A DNA stretch of 64,000 nucleotides from a virus (IMGVR_UViG_3300009130_001695:7619-71618); one strand, 5' to 3'. Shown: positions 51,536 through 60,360, counted from the first letter of the stretch. Translations and numbers: made by a program. The notes: a model not told the origin generated them from the sequence alone.

Positions 51536-54314
51536 AGATCCAAAAAATCCACCACCAAAAATAGTATCTCTCTATAATGCGACTTCATTCGGAAGTAACG
51601 CTCCCACGAATACTCCAATTTTTGAATATGACGCTTTAGGGCCGATTGATTTTTTGCGTTATCGCATGAATCGAATTTGGAACAAATCAAGCAGGTATAG
51701 TGCTCGCTATAACGAAGGTGACAAGCCTTTGAGGATAGTTCGCTTTGGTCGCGGGTCAAATCCAGCTTATTTAAATAATGGAATCATCGAGCGTTATCCT
51801 TCTGGCTTCGGTTTTAAGAATCAAGAAAAGGTTACTATCACCTACAATCTTCCAGACATTGATGCTTGTGGTACAGATCCGGAACCAGGAATTACAGATG
51901 ATAAAAATAAGTGGTTAAAAATTTTAGAAAACGGTCAAGGTCTTACCACTTATGGTGATGTACCTCTTAACTATGGAATTGTTTCAACCTTTGCAGATGG
52001 AAAACTTCGCAACGGACCCACACCGATTTCATTTTATGATGAAGTATTTAAATATGATGCACCCCTAGAAGCCAGTGAGGTCGCAGAAGGACTTTACGGG
52101 TCGCTGTCAGTAACCCAAGCATCAGTAATTCCAAATTATAACTTTTATATACAGACTTATGAATCAATCTTGACACAAGAAGACCCAACCAAGGAGCCAC
52201 AAGAGAGTATGCTCCCGAGTCTTTATTCATTCTTGAGCGTAATGGAGAATGAAAACAATAAAAGAGAAAGAGCGCCCGATGGTAGTTCCGATTATGCCGC
52301 AGGAACAATCGATACAGTTTTTGAAAAACATATCACTTTAAAAGAGCAAATTAAAGAAACCCGCGTAGCTACCCAAGTGTTGTATACTAACGGCCCACGC
52401 GCCTTAACCACAGAGGCTGATGTAAGTAAGGGGGATTATTTTGATAAATATGCTTATGCTTTTTCCGAGGCAGTAAGAGATAATGCGGTCGCCCCATGGG
52501 ATGCGGGGTCAAATCCTCTTTCGGATAGATTTAAGCATCAGATTGTTCCTTCTTCGAACAGTCAAATGTTTGCAGAATTTAGTGATGTACGCAAACGCTT
52601 TCCAATGGTTAATGACATGCAATTTTCTACTTCCCCAAATTCAGCAAAAGAGGTTGTACGATTGTTTGAAGAAACAGAGATGACAGCGATGTTTATCAGG
52701 GGACTTGTGGACGGAACCTGGGGTGAGCAAACCACCATGGGATACAACCTTATATCTTCGGGAGGACTTCCTTTCATACCTGATCCAACCACTTATACCG
52801 AGACTGCTTTCAAACCTTACATAGCAGAAGCCGCCCAATTAGTCCCTTCCAGCTCTTTACAATGTTGGGACTTGTTGGGTCCAAATGGATGGCTTACTCA
52901 GCTGGGGAATATTGATCAATATTATGGGCAAACAGAAAAGGGTGTGTTCTTGGGCAAGTATGATCAAGAAATCGAAGAAGCGCAACATAATTTATCGTCA
53001 CGTATGATTCGCAATCTAATGTTAACTGCATTTAAAGCACGATTAAAAAACTTGATACAAACTAAAACTCGCACATGGATAGAGATAGTTGGAGATCAAA
53101 GAATAGGTCATGAATTAGATCCTCAGACATCCCACCATGAAACGATATTTTATGTAGTTGAAAAATGGTCAGCTGATGAAACGGGAAACCTTGTAGGAAC
53201 GGAGCCTTTGCAAAATTTTTATTTTCCCAATTCAACCTCTTTTAGAGACTATAAGTTTAGCGATACTCAAATAAAATATGATAAAAGGTATATTTATAGG
53301 ATTTATTCTATGGAGATGGTCTTTGGCACAAAATATTCTTACACACTCAATAGGGCACCAACGGCGAACTCTAGAGATTATTGGGACAAAATAATCTATG
53401 ATAATGAGGCTCAGATTTGTGTCTTTACAGAACCAAGCCTAAAGATGGTTAAGATTCCTTATTATCAGAAGGAAGTTTTGATGATGGACGATCCACCAGT
53501 ATTTCCGGATATTGAAGTTGTTACGTATCAGAATGTTCGTGACCAAATAGTTTTTTGGATGACTGGAAACTCTGGTGATTATAAATTAAACCCAATCGCA
53601 ATCCAACCTGATGATGCCCGCGCAATCAGGCAATTACGCACTTCCCAAGAAGTCGGTCCACTAGAGCCCATTAGGTTCAAAAGTGATGATCATGCTAGAT
53701 TTTTTGAAGTGTTCAGGACCGATCAAAAACCTTCAAACTATTCTGACTTTATTGGAAAAAAGATTGCTCATGTAGACACCAAAATGAATTTGAACAACGA
53801 GTGTCAATTTTCTACGAGTGGCGAATGGGCGGATAAAACAATTTCTCCAAATATAAAATATTACTATATTTTTAGAACTATTGATAATCATGGACATTTT
53901 TCCAACCCTTCTCCAGTTTATGAACTAGAGATGGTTTATGATGGATACGCTCCTTATTTATTAAGGAATGTCTACCCCTTGGATGGTTCCCAGAGCCCAC
54001 CACAAACACCATCAAAGAAATTTACCAAATATCTTCATATCAAACCTGCTCTAACTCAACGAGTAGTTGATGAAGTTGCATCTGGCTTGGTTAATTCGGA
54101 TGGAACAAAGACAGTGGACACTGCTGGTTGTTTAACTAATATGGGACCAGATGGTAACTGGATTCAATTGGGCACCGCTGATCAAACCTTGTGGGACAAG
54201 CTAATTAAAATTCGAGTAAGATCTACGAAAACGGGTAAAAAGATAGATTTTAATATAAAATTTAAGAAAAAGCATACGAAAATAGAAAATTCAGGTAATA
54301 ATAATTTATGTTAG
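51525..54314 (+). CDS. large (929 aa) virion protein with FN3/Ig-like C-terminal domains
   Basis: FEVFRT...DKTISPNIKYYYIFRTIDNHGHFSNPS is an FN3-like pattern; GGAGGAGG Shine-Dalgarno. Confidence 0.55.
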   Translation: MALEDPKNPPPKIVSLYNATSFGSNAPTNTPIFEYDALGPIDFLRYRMNRIWNKSSRYSARYNEGDKPLRIVRFGRGSNPAYLNNGIIERYPSGFGFKNQEKVTITYNLPDIDACGTDPEPGITDDKNKWLKILENGQGLTTYGDVPLNYGIVSTFADGKLRNGPTPISFYDEVFKYDAPLEASEVAEGLYGSLSVTQASVIPNYNFYIQTYESILTQEDPTKEPQESMLPSLYSFLSVMENENNKRERAPDGSSDYAAGTIDTVFEKHITLKEQIKETRVATQVLYTNGPRALTTEADVSKGDYFDKYAYAFSEAVRDNAVAPWDAGSNPLSDRFKHQIVPSSNSQMFAEFSDVRKRFPMVNDMQFSTSPNSAKEVVRLFEETEMTAMFIRGLVDGTWGEQTTMGYNLISSGGLPFIPDPTTYTETAFKPYIAEAAQLVPSSSLQCWDLLGPNGWLTQLGNIDQYYGQTEKGVFLGKYDQEIEEAQHNLSSRMIRNLMLTAFKARLKNLIQTKTRTWIEIVGDQRIGHELDPQTSHHETIFYVVEKWSADETGNLVGTEPLQNFYFPNSTSFRDYKFSDTQIKYDKRYIYRIYSMEMVFGTKYSYTLNRAPTANSRDYWDKIIYDNEAQICVFTEPSLKMVKIPYYQKEVLMMDDPPVFPDIEVVTYQNVRDQIVFWMTGNSGDYKLNPIAIQPDDARAIRQLRTSQEVGPLEPIRFKSDDHARFFEVFRTDQKPSNYSDFIGKKIAHVDTKMNLNNECQFSTSGEWADKTISPNIKYYYIFRTIDNHGHFSNPSPVYELEMVYDGYAPYLLRNVYPLDGSQSPPQTPSKKFTKYLHIKPALTQRVVDEVASGLVNSDGTKTVDTAGCLTNMGPDGNWIQLGTADQTLWDKLIKIRVRSTKTGKKIDFNIKFKKKHTKIENSGNNNLC

Positions 54315-54328
54315 AACTAAAAAAACAA

Positions 54329-54338
54329 ACTATTTATA
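54329..54338 (+). promoter_or_regulatory. putative late promoter ACTATTTATA
   Basis: Intergenic copy of the recurring CTAWTTA motif, just upstream of the Shine-Dalgarno. Confidence 0.55.
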
Positions 54339-54356
54339 TGAGGATAGGAGACAAAT

Positions 54357-55313
54357 ATGGCATTTTTAGACAATAGTGGCGACATTATTTTAGACGCGGT
54401 ACTCACAGATACAGGCCGCTATCGGTTAGCACAAGGAAATGGGTCTTTTAAGATCACAAAATTTGCATTAGGGGATGACGAAATTAATTACGGTTCCTAT
54501 AACAAAAACAATGCGAGTGGCAGTGCTTATTATGATTTAGAGATTTTACAAACACCAATCCTTGAGGCGTTTACCAATAATACTTCCACGATGAAATCTA
54601 AACTGTTGTCGATTCCACGAACAAATTTGCTGTATTTGCCAGTTTTAATACAAAATACGGTGTGGCCGAATTTTCGTTCATACGGAACCACTGACCTACA
54701 TCTTGTATGTGTTGATGAAGGTACAGTGGGATTCAAAGATAACGCAGGGCTTATAAACGGCACCAATGGAACGATGACCAGTAATTCACCAGACGGTTTC
54801 ATGAATGGTTATCAACCAGCTCAAACGGATCGTTCAATAAACATAAACCAAGGTTTAAATACTAGTGAGATTCCGGCTGCCTCATCTTTAGATGCAGACC
54901 TAGTAGAAACTCAATATATTGTTGAAATAGACAATAGGTTGGGAACGATTGTCGGCGGTGCAAGCACGAATGGCACACCAGCACAGATTTCTTTTGTTGA
55001 TGATGATAATATTGCAAGCTATTATTTTTCACTTGGGTCCGACCAAGGTACATTCTTGGCACCAATCAATGACCCAGCCCATACCAATTTGTTAGGTCCA
55101 GCCGGGACAAGCCTTTTTTTCAAAATAGGAGCATCTACTGAGCTTCAAACAAGCACCTATTTATTTGAACAACTGGGCTCAACTACCACAATAACCGGGG
55201 TGCCCGCGACATCAATGAATGTAAGGTACATCGATAGTAATATTAAAGTTACAGGAGCAACCACAGGTTACAGTATAACTGTTCCGCTTAGGTTCGTGAA
55301 AAAAATACCATAA
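54357..55313 (+). CDS. tail/baseplate structural protein
   Basis: ILDAVLTDTGRYRLAQG.GSFKITKFALGDDEINY; AGGAG Shine-Dalgarno. Confidence 0.6.
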   Translation: MAFLDNSGDIILDAVLTDTGRYRLAQGNGSFKITKFALGDDEINYGSYNKNNASGSAYYDLEILQTPILEAFTNNTSTMKSKLLSIPRTNLLYLPVLIQNTVWPNFRSYGTTDLHLVCVDEGTVGFKDNAGLINGTNGTMTSNSPDGFMNGYQPAQTDRSININQGLNTSEIPAASSLDADLVETQYIVEIDNRLGTIVGGASTNGTPAQISFVDDDNIASYYFSLGSDQGTFLAPINDPAHTNLLGPAGTSLFFKIGASTELQTSTYLFEQLGSTTTITGVPATSMNVRYIDSNIKVTGATTGYSITVPLRFVKKIP

Positions 55314-55323
55314 GGATTAAACA

Positions 55324-56448
55324 ATGGCAACAACTTTTAAAACTTTTCTAAACAACGACATAACATCGACAAAGACGTTATTGCACGAGGCAATTCCACT
55401 TACTGGTACGATTGCTTCCGGTACTTATGGATTATATGGAACTTTAGGTTCCGAACCAAATATTAAGAATTATGCTCATGGCATGTTTCAAAGTGTTTAT
55501 GATTATCCTTATCTTAGTTCTTCGGCAAACCACATTTACGATTTAACTGTGGGGTATTCTACGGGGTCAGTTCTTTCTGGAACTTCCAATAGGACGATGC
55601 AGCCTAAAAAGATTAACATTTATAATCAAATGGCTCAAATGCTTGTCGGCTACGATAGCAATGGTTCAATTAGAAATTTCGATGAAGATGGAAATCTCGC
55701 AGATGGAGGGGCAAAAGTAAAAGACTGTATTTTTATCAGCTTCGCTCGCTTGCTCGCCAAAGATGAAATCAAAAAAGGTTCTTTCACACTCAAGTTGGGC
55801 ACCGGCTCGTATGCCTCCCCCTTTTCTAGTTCACCCGCCAGTGGAGATAGCATCTTAACTATTTCAGATTCTGGTAAAGAAAATGATTATCGCGTGAATT
55901 CTCCTGCTGGTGAGTATGCCATTCTATCTGCGACGGCGGGATATAATACGGCAAACATCGCCGCAGCACCTGCGTGTGGTTTGATATTTTATCAAGCAGG
56001 CATTGTTGTTTTAAGTTCTTCAATATTTCAAAGTGGTAGCGATAATAAACCGGGTGGTATTTTAAATACCAAATACGAGGGTATACCTTTTGTGTCAAAT
56101 GGCATGAACATTTCTTCCTCTTTATCTGGTGCGGCCATTAGTTCTTCCTGCAATGATTTACGCCATAGAATTTATGACATATCATTTAACAATACAACAG
56201 AATTAAATTCAACAATTCATTTCTGTCGAATTAATCACAATGATTTTAATTATAGCTCAAACCCTACTTATCTCAGTTCAAGCAAAATTGTGGTAAAGAA
56301 TAATACACTTGACGCGCCAATTTCATACATTACAACAGTTGGACTTTATTCGTCGGATAATGAACTTTTAGCTGTAGCGAAACTATCTGAAGCGTTGAAG
56401 AAAGATCCTACGAACGAAATGACAATCCGTGTAAGGCTTGATTATTAA
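55324..56448 (+). CDS. tail/baseplate structural protein
   Basis: FNYSSNPT; C-terminal YITTVGLYSSDNELLAVAKLS..KK...IRVRLDY; paralogous to the next gene. Confidence 0.6.
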   Translation: MATTFKTFLNNDITSTKTLLHEAIPLTGTIASGTYGLYGTLGSEPNIKNYAHGMFQSVYDYPYLSSSANHIYDLTVGYSTGSVLSGTSNRTMQPKKINIYNQMAQMLVGYDSNGSIRNFDEDGNLADGGAKVKDCIFISFARLLAKDEIKKGSFTLKLGTGSYASPFSSSPASGDSILTISDSGKENDYRVNSPAGEYAILSATAGYNTANIAAAPACGLIFYQAGIVVLSSSIFQSGSDNKPGGILNTKYEGIPFVSNGMNISSSLSGAAISSSCNDLRHRIYDISFNNTTELNSTIHFCRINHNDFNYSSNPTYLSSSKIVVKNNTLDAPISYITTVGLYSSDNELLAVAKLSEALKKDPTNEMTIRVRLDY

Positions 56449-56454
56449 ATCTAA

Positions 56455-56462
56455 ACTAATTA
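56455..56462 (+). promoter_or_regulatory. putative late promoter ACTAATTA
   Basis: Lies in the 23-nt intergenic gap before 56472. Confidence 0.45.
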
Positions 56463-56471
56463 CAGGTAGTC

Positions 56472-57626
56472 ATGCCTTTTTACAAGTTTGATCAAAACGA
56501 TGTTTTTTACAACAGGATAAAAGCTCATCCTCAAATAAATCTTATTATCTATGATCAAGAGATCTATTATAATAACACACCTCGCCAAACTGGTAGTTTT
56601 GTAAACAATGCTGGTATGACTCCAACAGGATATGTCAATCTCTATGAGTTGAACATTGATCGCGAGAGTGGAAATTTAATTTACCCTTTTGTTGTTAAAG
56701 ATGGAAGCCTGGATTCATTTAGGACCATCACCACAACCAAGTTTAATAGTGATTTTTTGTATGGCGACCAGATAACAGGAAGTTATCCTCTATCTGCTAG
56801 TATCTCATCAGATCGTTATGCCCTCAATTCCACTCGACCTCGTATCTCTGCATTAAGAACTGCCCTTAAAGATTATGAAATTTTAAGCCCAGCTTATGCG
56901 TACAATTCAAGTCTTGGAAATAAGGCGACACAAGAAATGCGACTTGTAAGTATCCCCTCTATTTTTTATGGGTCGTCTATCCAGAAAGGAACAGTATCTT
57001 GCAAATTTTATGTCTCAGGAACTCTTATAGGAGAACTAAGAGATTCAATGCAAAATGGTGAGCTGCGTCAGGTTTCTTCAATCACTGTTGGAGCCACAAC
57101 GACTGCAAGCGGAACTGTGGCTGGTGTTGTTTTATATGACGAAGGGTTTTTAATTTTAACGGGAAGCTGGCCATTGTCTCCCCACACCGAAGATTATTAT
57201 GGCGGTGGGCCAGCAACGCCGCGATGGATGGATTTCTCCACGACTGGCTCTGGAATTCCTTCATCAAGTTTTGCTCTCAATTTTAGCGGGACGAACTATG
57301 TTCCCACTTTGACCATGCTTGCTCAAGCCCCAGTAGGCACTATTAATTTATCCAACAACCCGACAAGTATCCAACAGAATTTCGTCGTGGCTCCAACTGC
57401 ATCAAGCGGCTCCACTACATATATGGAGTACAATAAAAACCCTATTAAAAATATAGTCTCTAGCTCTTGGAGTGAACCAGCTCCAGCTTTTAAGCGAGTG
57501 GTTTATATAAATTATGTAGGTCTTTATGATGAACATCGCAATTTAATTGGTATTGCAAAAATGGCAAACCCAGTTAGAAAGCGCGACCAAGACGATTTTA
57601 CATTTAAATTAAAGCTAGATTTTTGA
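56472..57626 (+). CDS. tail/baseplate structural protein (paralog of 55324)
   Basis: SNNPT; C-terminal YINYVGLYDEHRNLIGIAKMANPVRK...FKLKLDF. Confidence 0.6.
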   Translation: MPFYKFDQNDVFYNRIKAHPQINLIIYDQEIYYNNTPRQTGSFVNNAGMTPTGYVNLYELNIDRESGNLIYPFVVKDGSLDSFRTITTTKFNSDFLYGDQITGSYPLSASISSDRYALNSTRPRISALRTALKDYEILSPAYAYNSSLGNKATQEMRLVSIPSIFYGSSIQKGTVSCKFYVSGTLIGELRDSMQNGELRQVSSITVGATTTASGTVAGVVLYDEGFLILTGSWPLSPHTEDYYGGGPATPRWMDFSTTGSGIPSSSFALNFSGTNYVPTLTMLAQAPVGTINLSNNPTSIQQNFVVAPTASSGSTTYMEYNKNPIKNIVSSSWSEPAPAFKRVVYINYVGLYDEHRNLIGIAKMANPVRKRDQDDFTFKLKLDF

Positions 57627-57647
57627 TATAATAAGGTTCTATTTATA
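57624..57647 (+). promoter_or_regulatory. extended -10 (TGnTATAAT) plus CTATTTATA motif
   Basis: TGATATAAT at 57624-57632 and CTATTTATA at 57639-57647, at the boundary between tail and replication modules. Confidence 0.5.
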
Positions 57648-57648
57648 A

Positions 57649-58005
57649 GTGATGAAAAAGGAATTTAAAAAGTGGCGTAACTTCTTGACGGAAAAGGAAG
57701 AAAAAATTTCTCAAGACCGTTATGAAGGAAATCTTTATTTGGCGATTGAACAATCTAAGCCGATTGATCGTACCGAAGTCATGAATCAGATCCGTGCAAT
57801 TCCAGAAGTCACAACCGTTTACCGAGAACGAGAAATCTCCACTTCAGAAACCAAATTTGTGGGTGAATATATTATTCGTTTTATTTTATCTCCCGGAACA
57901 GATACTGCTCATTATTATAACAGGGAATTAAAACCTCGCCTCAACAGAATCAAAGGCTTAAAAGTTCAACATGATTTTGGCTTTGAAAAAATAAGTGATA
58001 CATGA
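57649..58005 (+). CDS. hypothetical protein
   Basis: 118 aa; begins MKKEFKKWRNFLTE; promoter-like motifs lie upstream. Confidence 0.65.
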   Translation: MMKKEFKKWRNFLTEKEEKISQDRYEGNLYLAIEQSKPIDRTEVMNQIRAIPEVTTVYREREISTSETKFVGEYIIRFILSPGTDTAHYYNRELKPRLNRIKGLKVQHDFGFEKISDT

Positions 58006-58535
58006 TCCTCGGACTTGATATTTCTACTTCTATAACTGGCTATGCTATCATTAATTTAGAGGGAAAGCTACAACAAATCGGAAGCTGGGACATGCGTAAT
58101 AAAAACCATTTCCCAGACATGTTCTCAAAATCATTATTTATTAAGAAAAAGCTTAAAGAAATTGATTATCCAATTGATCACATTGTCATCGAGCCAGCTC
58201 TCAATATGTTTATGATGGGTAAATCATCTTCTCACACAATCTCAACATTAATTAAGTTTAATGGTATTACCTCTTGGATGTGTTTTGAGGAATTTGGAAT
58301 TCAACCACAATTTATCCCAGCAATTTCAGCTAGAAAGAAGTGTGGGATTACCATTAAACGAGGGACGAAAGCCAAAGAACAGGTTTTTAAATTTATGATT
58401 GACAACGAGCCCGATTTCGGATATACTGTTGAATATACAAAGCATGGAAATCCAAAACCACAATATTATGATCGTGCAGACGCACTTGTTATGGCCAGGG
58501 CAGGCTTAGTATGTCTGACCGAAAACTCAAAATAA
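58002..58535 (+). CDS. RuvC-like Holliday junction resolvase
   Basis: MILGLDISTSITG, IVIE and DRADAL acidic catalytic residues. Confidence 0.8.
   Translation: MILGLDISTSITGYAIINLEGKLQQIGSWDMRNKNHFPDMFSKSLFIKKKLKEIDYPIDHIVIEPALNMFMMGKSSSHTISTLIKFNGITSWMCFEEFGIQPQFIPAISARKKCGITIKRGTKAKEQVFKFMIDNEPDFGYTVEYTKHGNPKPQYYDRADALVMARAGLVCLTENSK
58399..58427 (+). promoter_or_regulatory. sigma70-type promoter for primase, inside the RuvC-like gene
   Basis: TTGACA-N17-TATACT, ending 83 nt before the primase ATG. Confidence 0.7.
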
Positions 58536-59425
58536 TTAAGGAATTCCTCGGATCCTTTTTTAAGTCAAAAGATGAGTTTCTTTTTCACTGCCCAAAGTGT
58601 AAACATCATAAACGAAAACTTTCTTTAAATTTCGATAAGAATGTTTTTAAATGTTGGATTTGCGATTATGTGGGCAAAGATATTGGTCGCCTTGTTTATT
58701 CTTATGGAAATCGAGATTCTAAAAGTCAGTGGAGAACCCTAACTGGTGTTGTTGATTTTTCTGAGGTTGACGAAGCAGAAGAAGAAAACATTGTTGTTAA
58801 GTTACCAGAAGAATTTATTAGTTTAACTTCCAAAAAAGTAAGCCCACTATCAATTACGGTTCGCCAATATCTCAAGAGTCGTGGATTGACCAGAGATGAT
58901 CTGGTTTGGTGGAAAATAGGATATTGCCCAGATGGAGAATATGATAAAAGAATTATTATTCCATCCTTTAATTTGGAAGGGGAATTAAATTATTTTATTG
59001 CTCGCTCATATACACCAGGCTCATGGCAACGATACAAGAATCCACCAGCGGAAAGAGACTTTATCTTTAATGAATTATATTTGGATTGGGATAAAGACAT
59101 CACAATTGTTGAAGGTGTCTTCGATGCAATTGTGGCAGGCAACGCCATTCCACTGCTTGGCTCTACACTACGCGAAAATAGCTATATTTTTCAAAAGATT
59201 ATAGCTAACTGCGATAAGGTGTATATTGCCCTTGATAATGATGCTAAAGAAAAAGAGTTTAAAATAAGCGATCTATTTAGGTTATATGGCGTGGATGTTT
59301 ACCGGATTAATACTTCGGGGTTTGGAGACGTTGGAGAAATGGATAAGGAAACATTCCAAACTCGCAAGAAAACTGCCTCTTTTCTTTCTTTAGATAACTA
59401 TTTATTGGAGAAACTTTCGTTTTAA
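58511..59425 (+). CDS. DNA primase (Zn finger + TOPRIM)
   Basis: CPKC...KCWIC; RIIIP; IVEGVFDAI; ALDNDA. Confidence 0.9.
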   Translation: MSDRKLKIIKEFLGSFFKSKDEFLFHCPKCKHHKRKLSLNFDKNVFKCWICDYVGKDIGRLVYSYGNRDSKSQWRTLTGVVDFSEVDEAEEENIVVKLPEEFISLTSKKVSPLSITVRQYLKSRGLTRDDLVWWKIGYCPDGEYDKRIIIPSFNLEGELNYFIARSYTPGSWQRYKNPPAERDFIFNELYLDWDKDITIVEGVFDAIVAGNAIPLLGSTLRENSYIFQKIIANCDKVYIALDNDAKEKEFKISDLFRLYGVDVYRINTSGFGDVGEMDKETFQTRKKTASFLSLDNYLLEKLSF

Positions 59426-59434
59426 GGGGAAATA

Positions 59435-59533
59435 ATGAACTTTTTTCATAAATTAATTAATATTTTTAACAAAAAACATTGCTGCTGCTGTTGTGGCTGT
59501 TGCGAATGTGATAAGGGGTGTTGCACACAATGA
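59435..59533 (+). CDS. 32-aa cysteine-rich micro-protein (metallothionein-like)
   Basis: Translates as MNFFHKLINIFNKKHCCCCCGCCECDKGCCTQ*; AAGGGGA Shine-Dalgarno upstream; its stop overlaps the next ATG (ATGA). Absent from the ORF track. Confidence 0.65.
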   Translation: MNFFHKLINIFNKKHCCCCCGCCECDKGCCTQ

Positions 59534-59799
59534 AACTTACAAAATCAAAACTTCAGAAAATTATTCAAGAGGAGCTGGCAGAAATTACTGAACCGTCTTA
59601 TAGGTTTGCTCCAAAGGCAGATCCTGAATTTGGAAACAGACCTGATGATCTAGAAAAAGATCTCGCAGCCTCGCGATCAGGGCGAGAGAGCGATCAAGCC
59701 TTGATCGATGATCTGTATCGAGAAATTGAGGAAATTGCTCAAAAGCACGGCGGTGAAGTTGAGCTTGACCTCATGGATATTATTCAGAGAGATCGTTAA
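59530..59799 (+). CDS. acidic hypothetical protein with MKLTKSKLQKIIQEEL leader
   Basis: ATG at 59530; leader shared with the next gene. Confidence 0.7.
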   Translation: MKLTKSKLQKIIQEELAEITEPSYRFAPKADPEFGNRPDDLEKDLAASRSGRESDQALIDDLYREIEEIAQKHGGEVELDLMDIIQRDR

Positions 59800-59811
59800 T
59801 AGGAATTATAA

Positions 59812-60360
59812 ATGAAGCTTACCAAAGCAAAACTCCAACAAATCATTAAAGAGGAGCTTGAAAAGGTCATTTCCGAAGGTGGGGAGTTTCCTCATGATTT
59901 GTGGAAAGAATATGGGGCGCTAAAAAATAGGGCTCCTCTTTTTGCCCTTATGGATGAATTGGGCGAGAGGTTTGAAGACCTATTGCAACTTAAACAGGCT
60001 TATCAGCAAGCGTCCGATTCTGAAGGCGAAGTAGAAGATGAAGATGGTGTTATGCAGAGTGTCTCATATGTTGAAGGATCCAAAATAGTTTCTCAAGCGG
60101 AAAGTTTGTTGAATGACCTGGGAATTAAATTCGCCAGAAATATTGCGAATCGTTTATTAAAGGGTCACGGACACTATTATTTCCGCGACGATCCAAACGT
60201 AATGAAAGCACGCTATGAAGAATTGAAAAATGATTTTGAAGAAACAGAGGATAGCGATGCTCGTGATGCTCGTTATGGACGTACTAGTGTGAAAATTACT
60301 CACTTGCCTACTGGGACATCAACCAGAATACAAGACCGCGAAGGAAGCTTAGGTTCTTAA
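59812..60360 (+). CDS. acidic hypothetical protein with MKLTKAKLQQIIKEEL leader
   Basis: AGGA Shine-Dalgarno; shared leader; C-terminal VKITHLPTG. Confidence 0.7.
   Translation: MKLTKAKLQQIIKEELEKVISEGGEFPHDLWKEYGALKNRAPLFALMDELGERFEDLLQLKQAYQQASDSEGEVEDEDGVMQSVSYVEGSKIVSQAESLLNDLGIKFARNIANRLLKGHGHYYFRDDPNVMKARYEELKNDFEETEDSDARDARYGRTSVKITHLPTGTSTRIQDREGSLGS

Noticed and set aside
59480-59500. TGC microsatellite as non-coding slippage
   Set aside because: Mixed TGC/TGT codons in frame with a Shine-Dalgarno and a coupled stop favour a coding poly-Cys tract.
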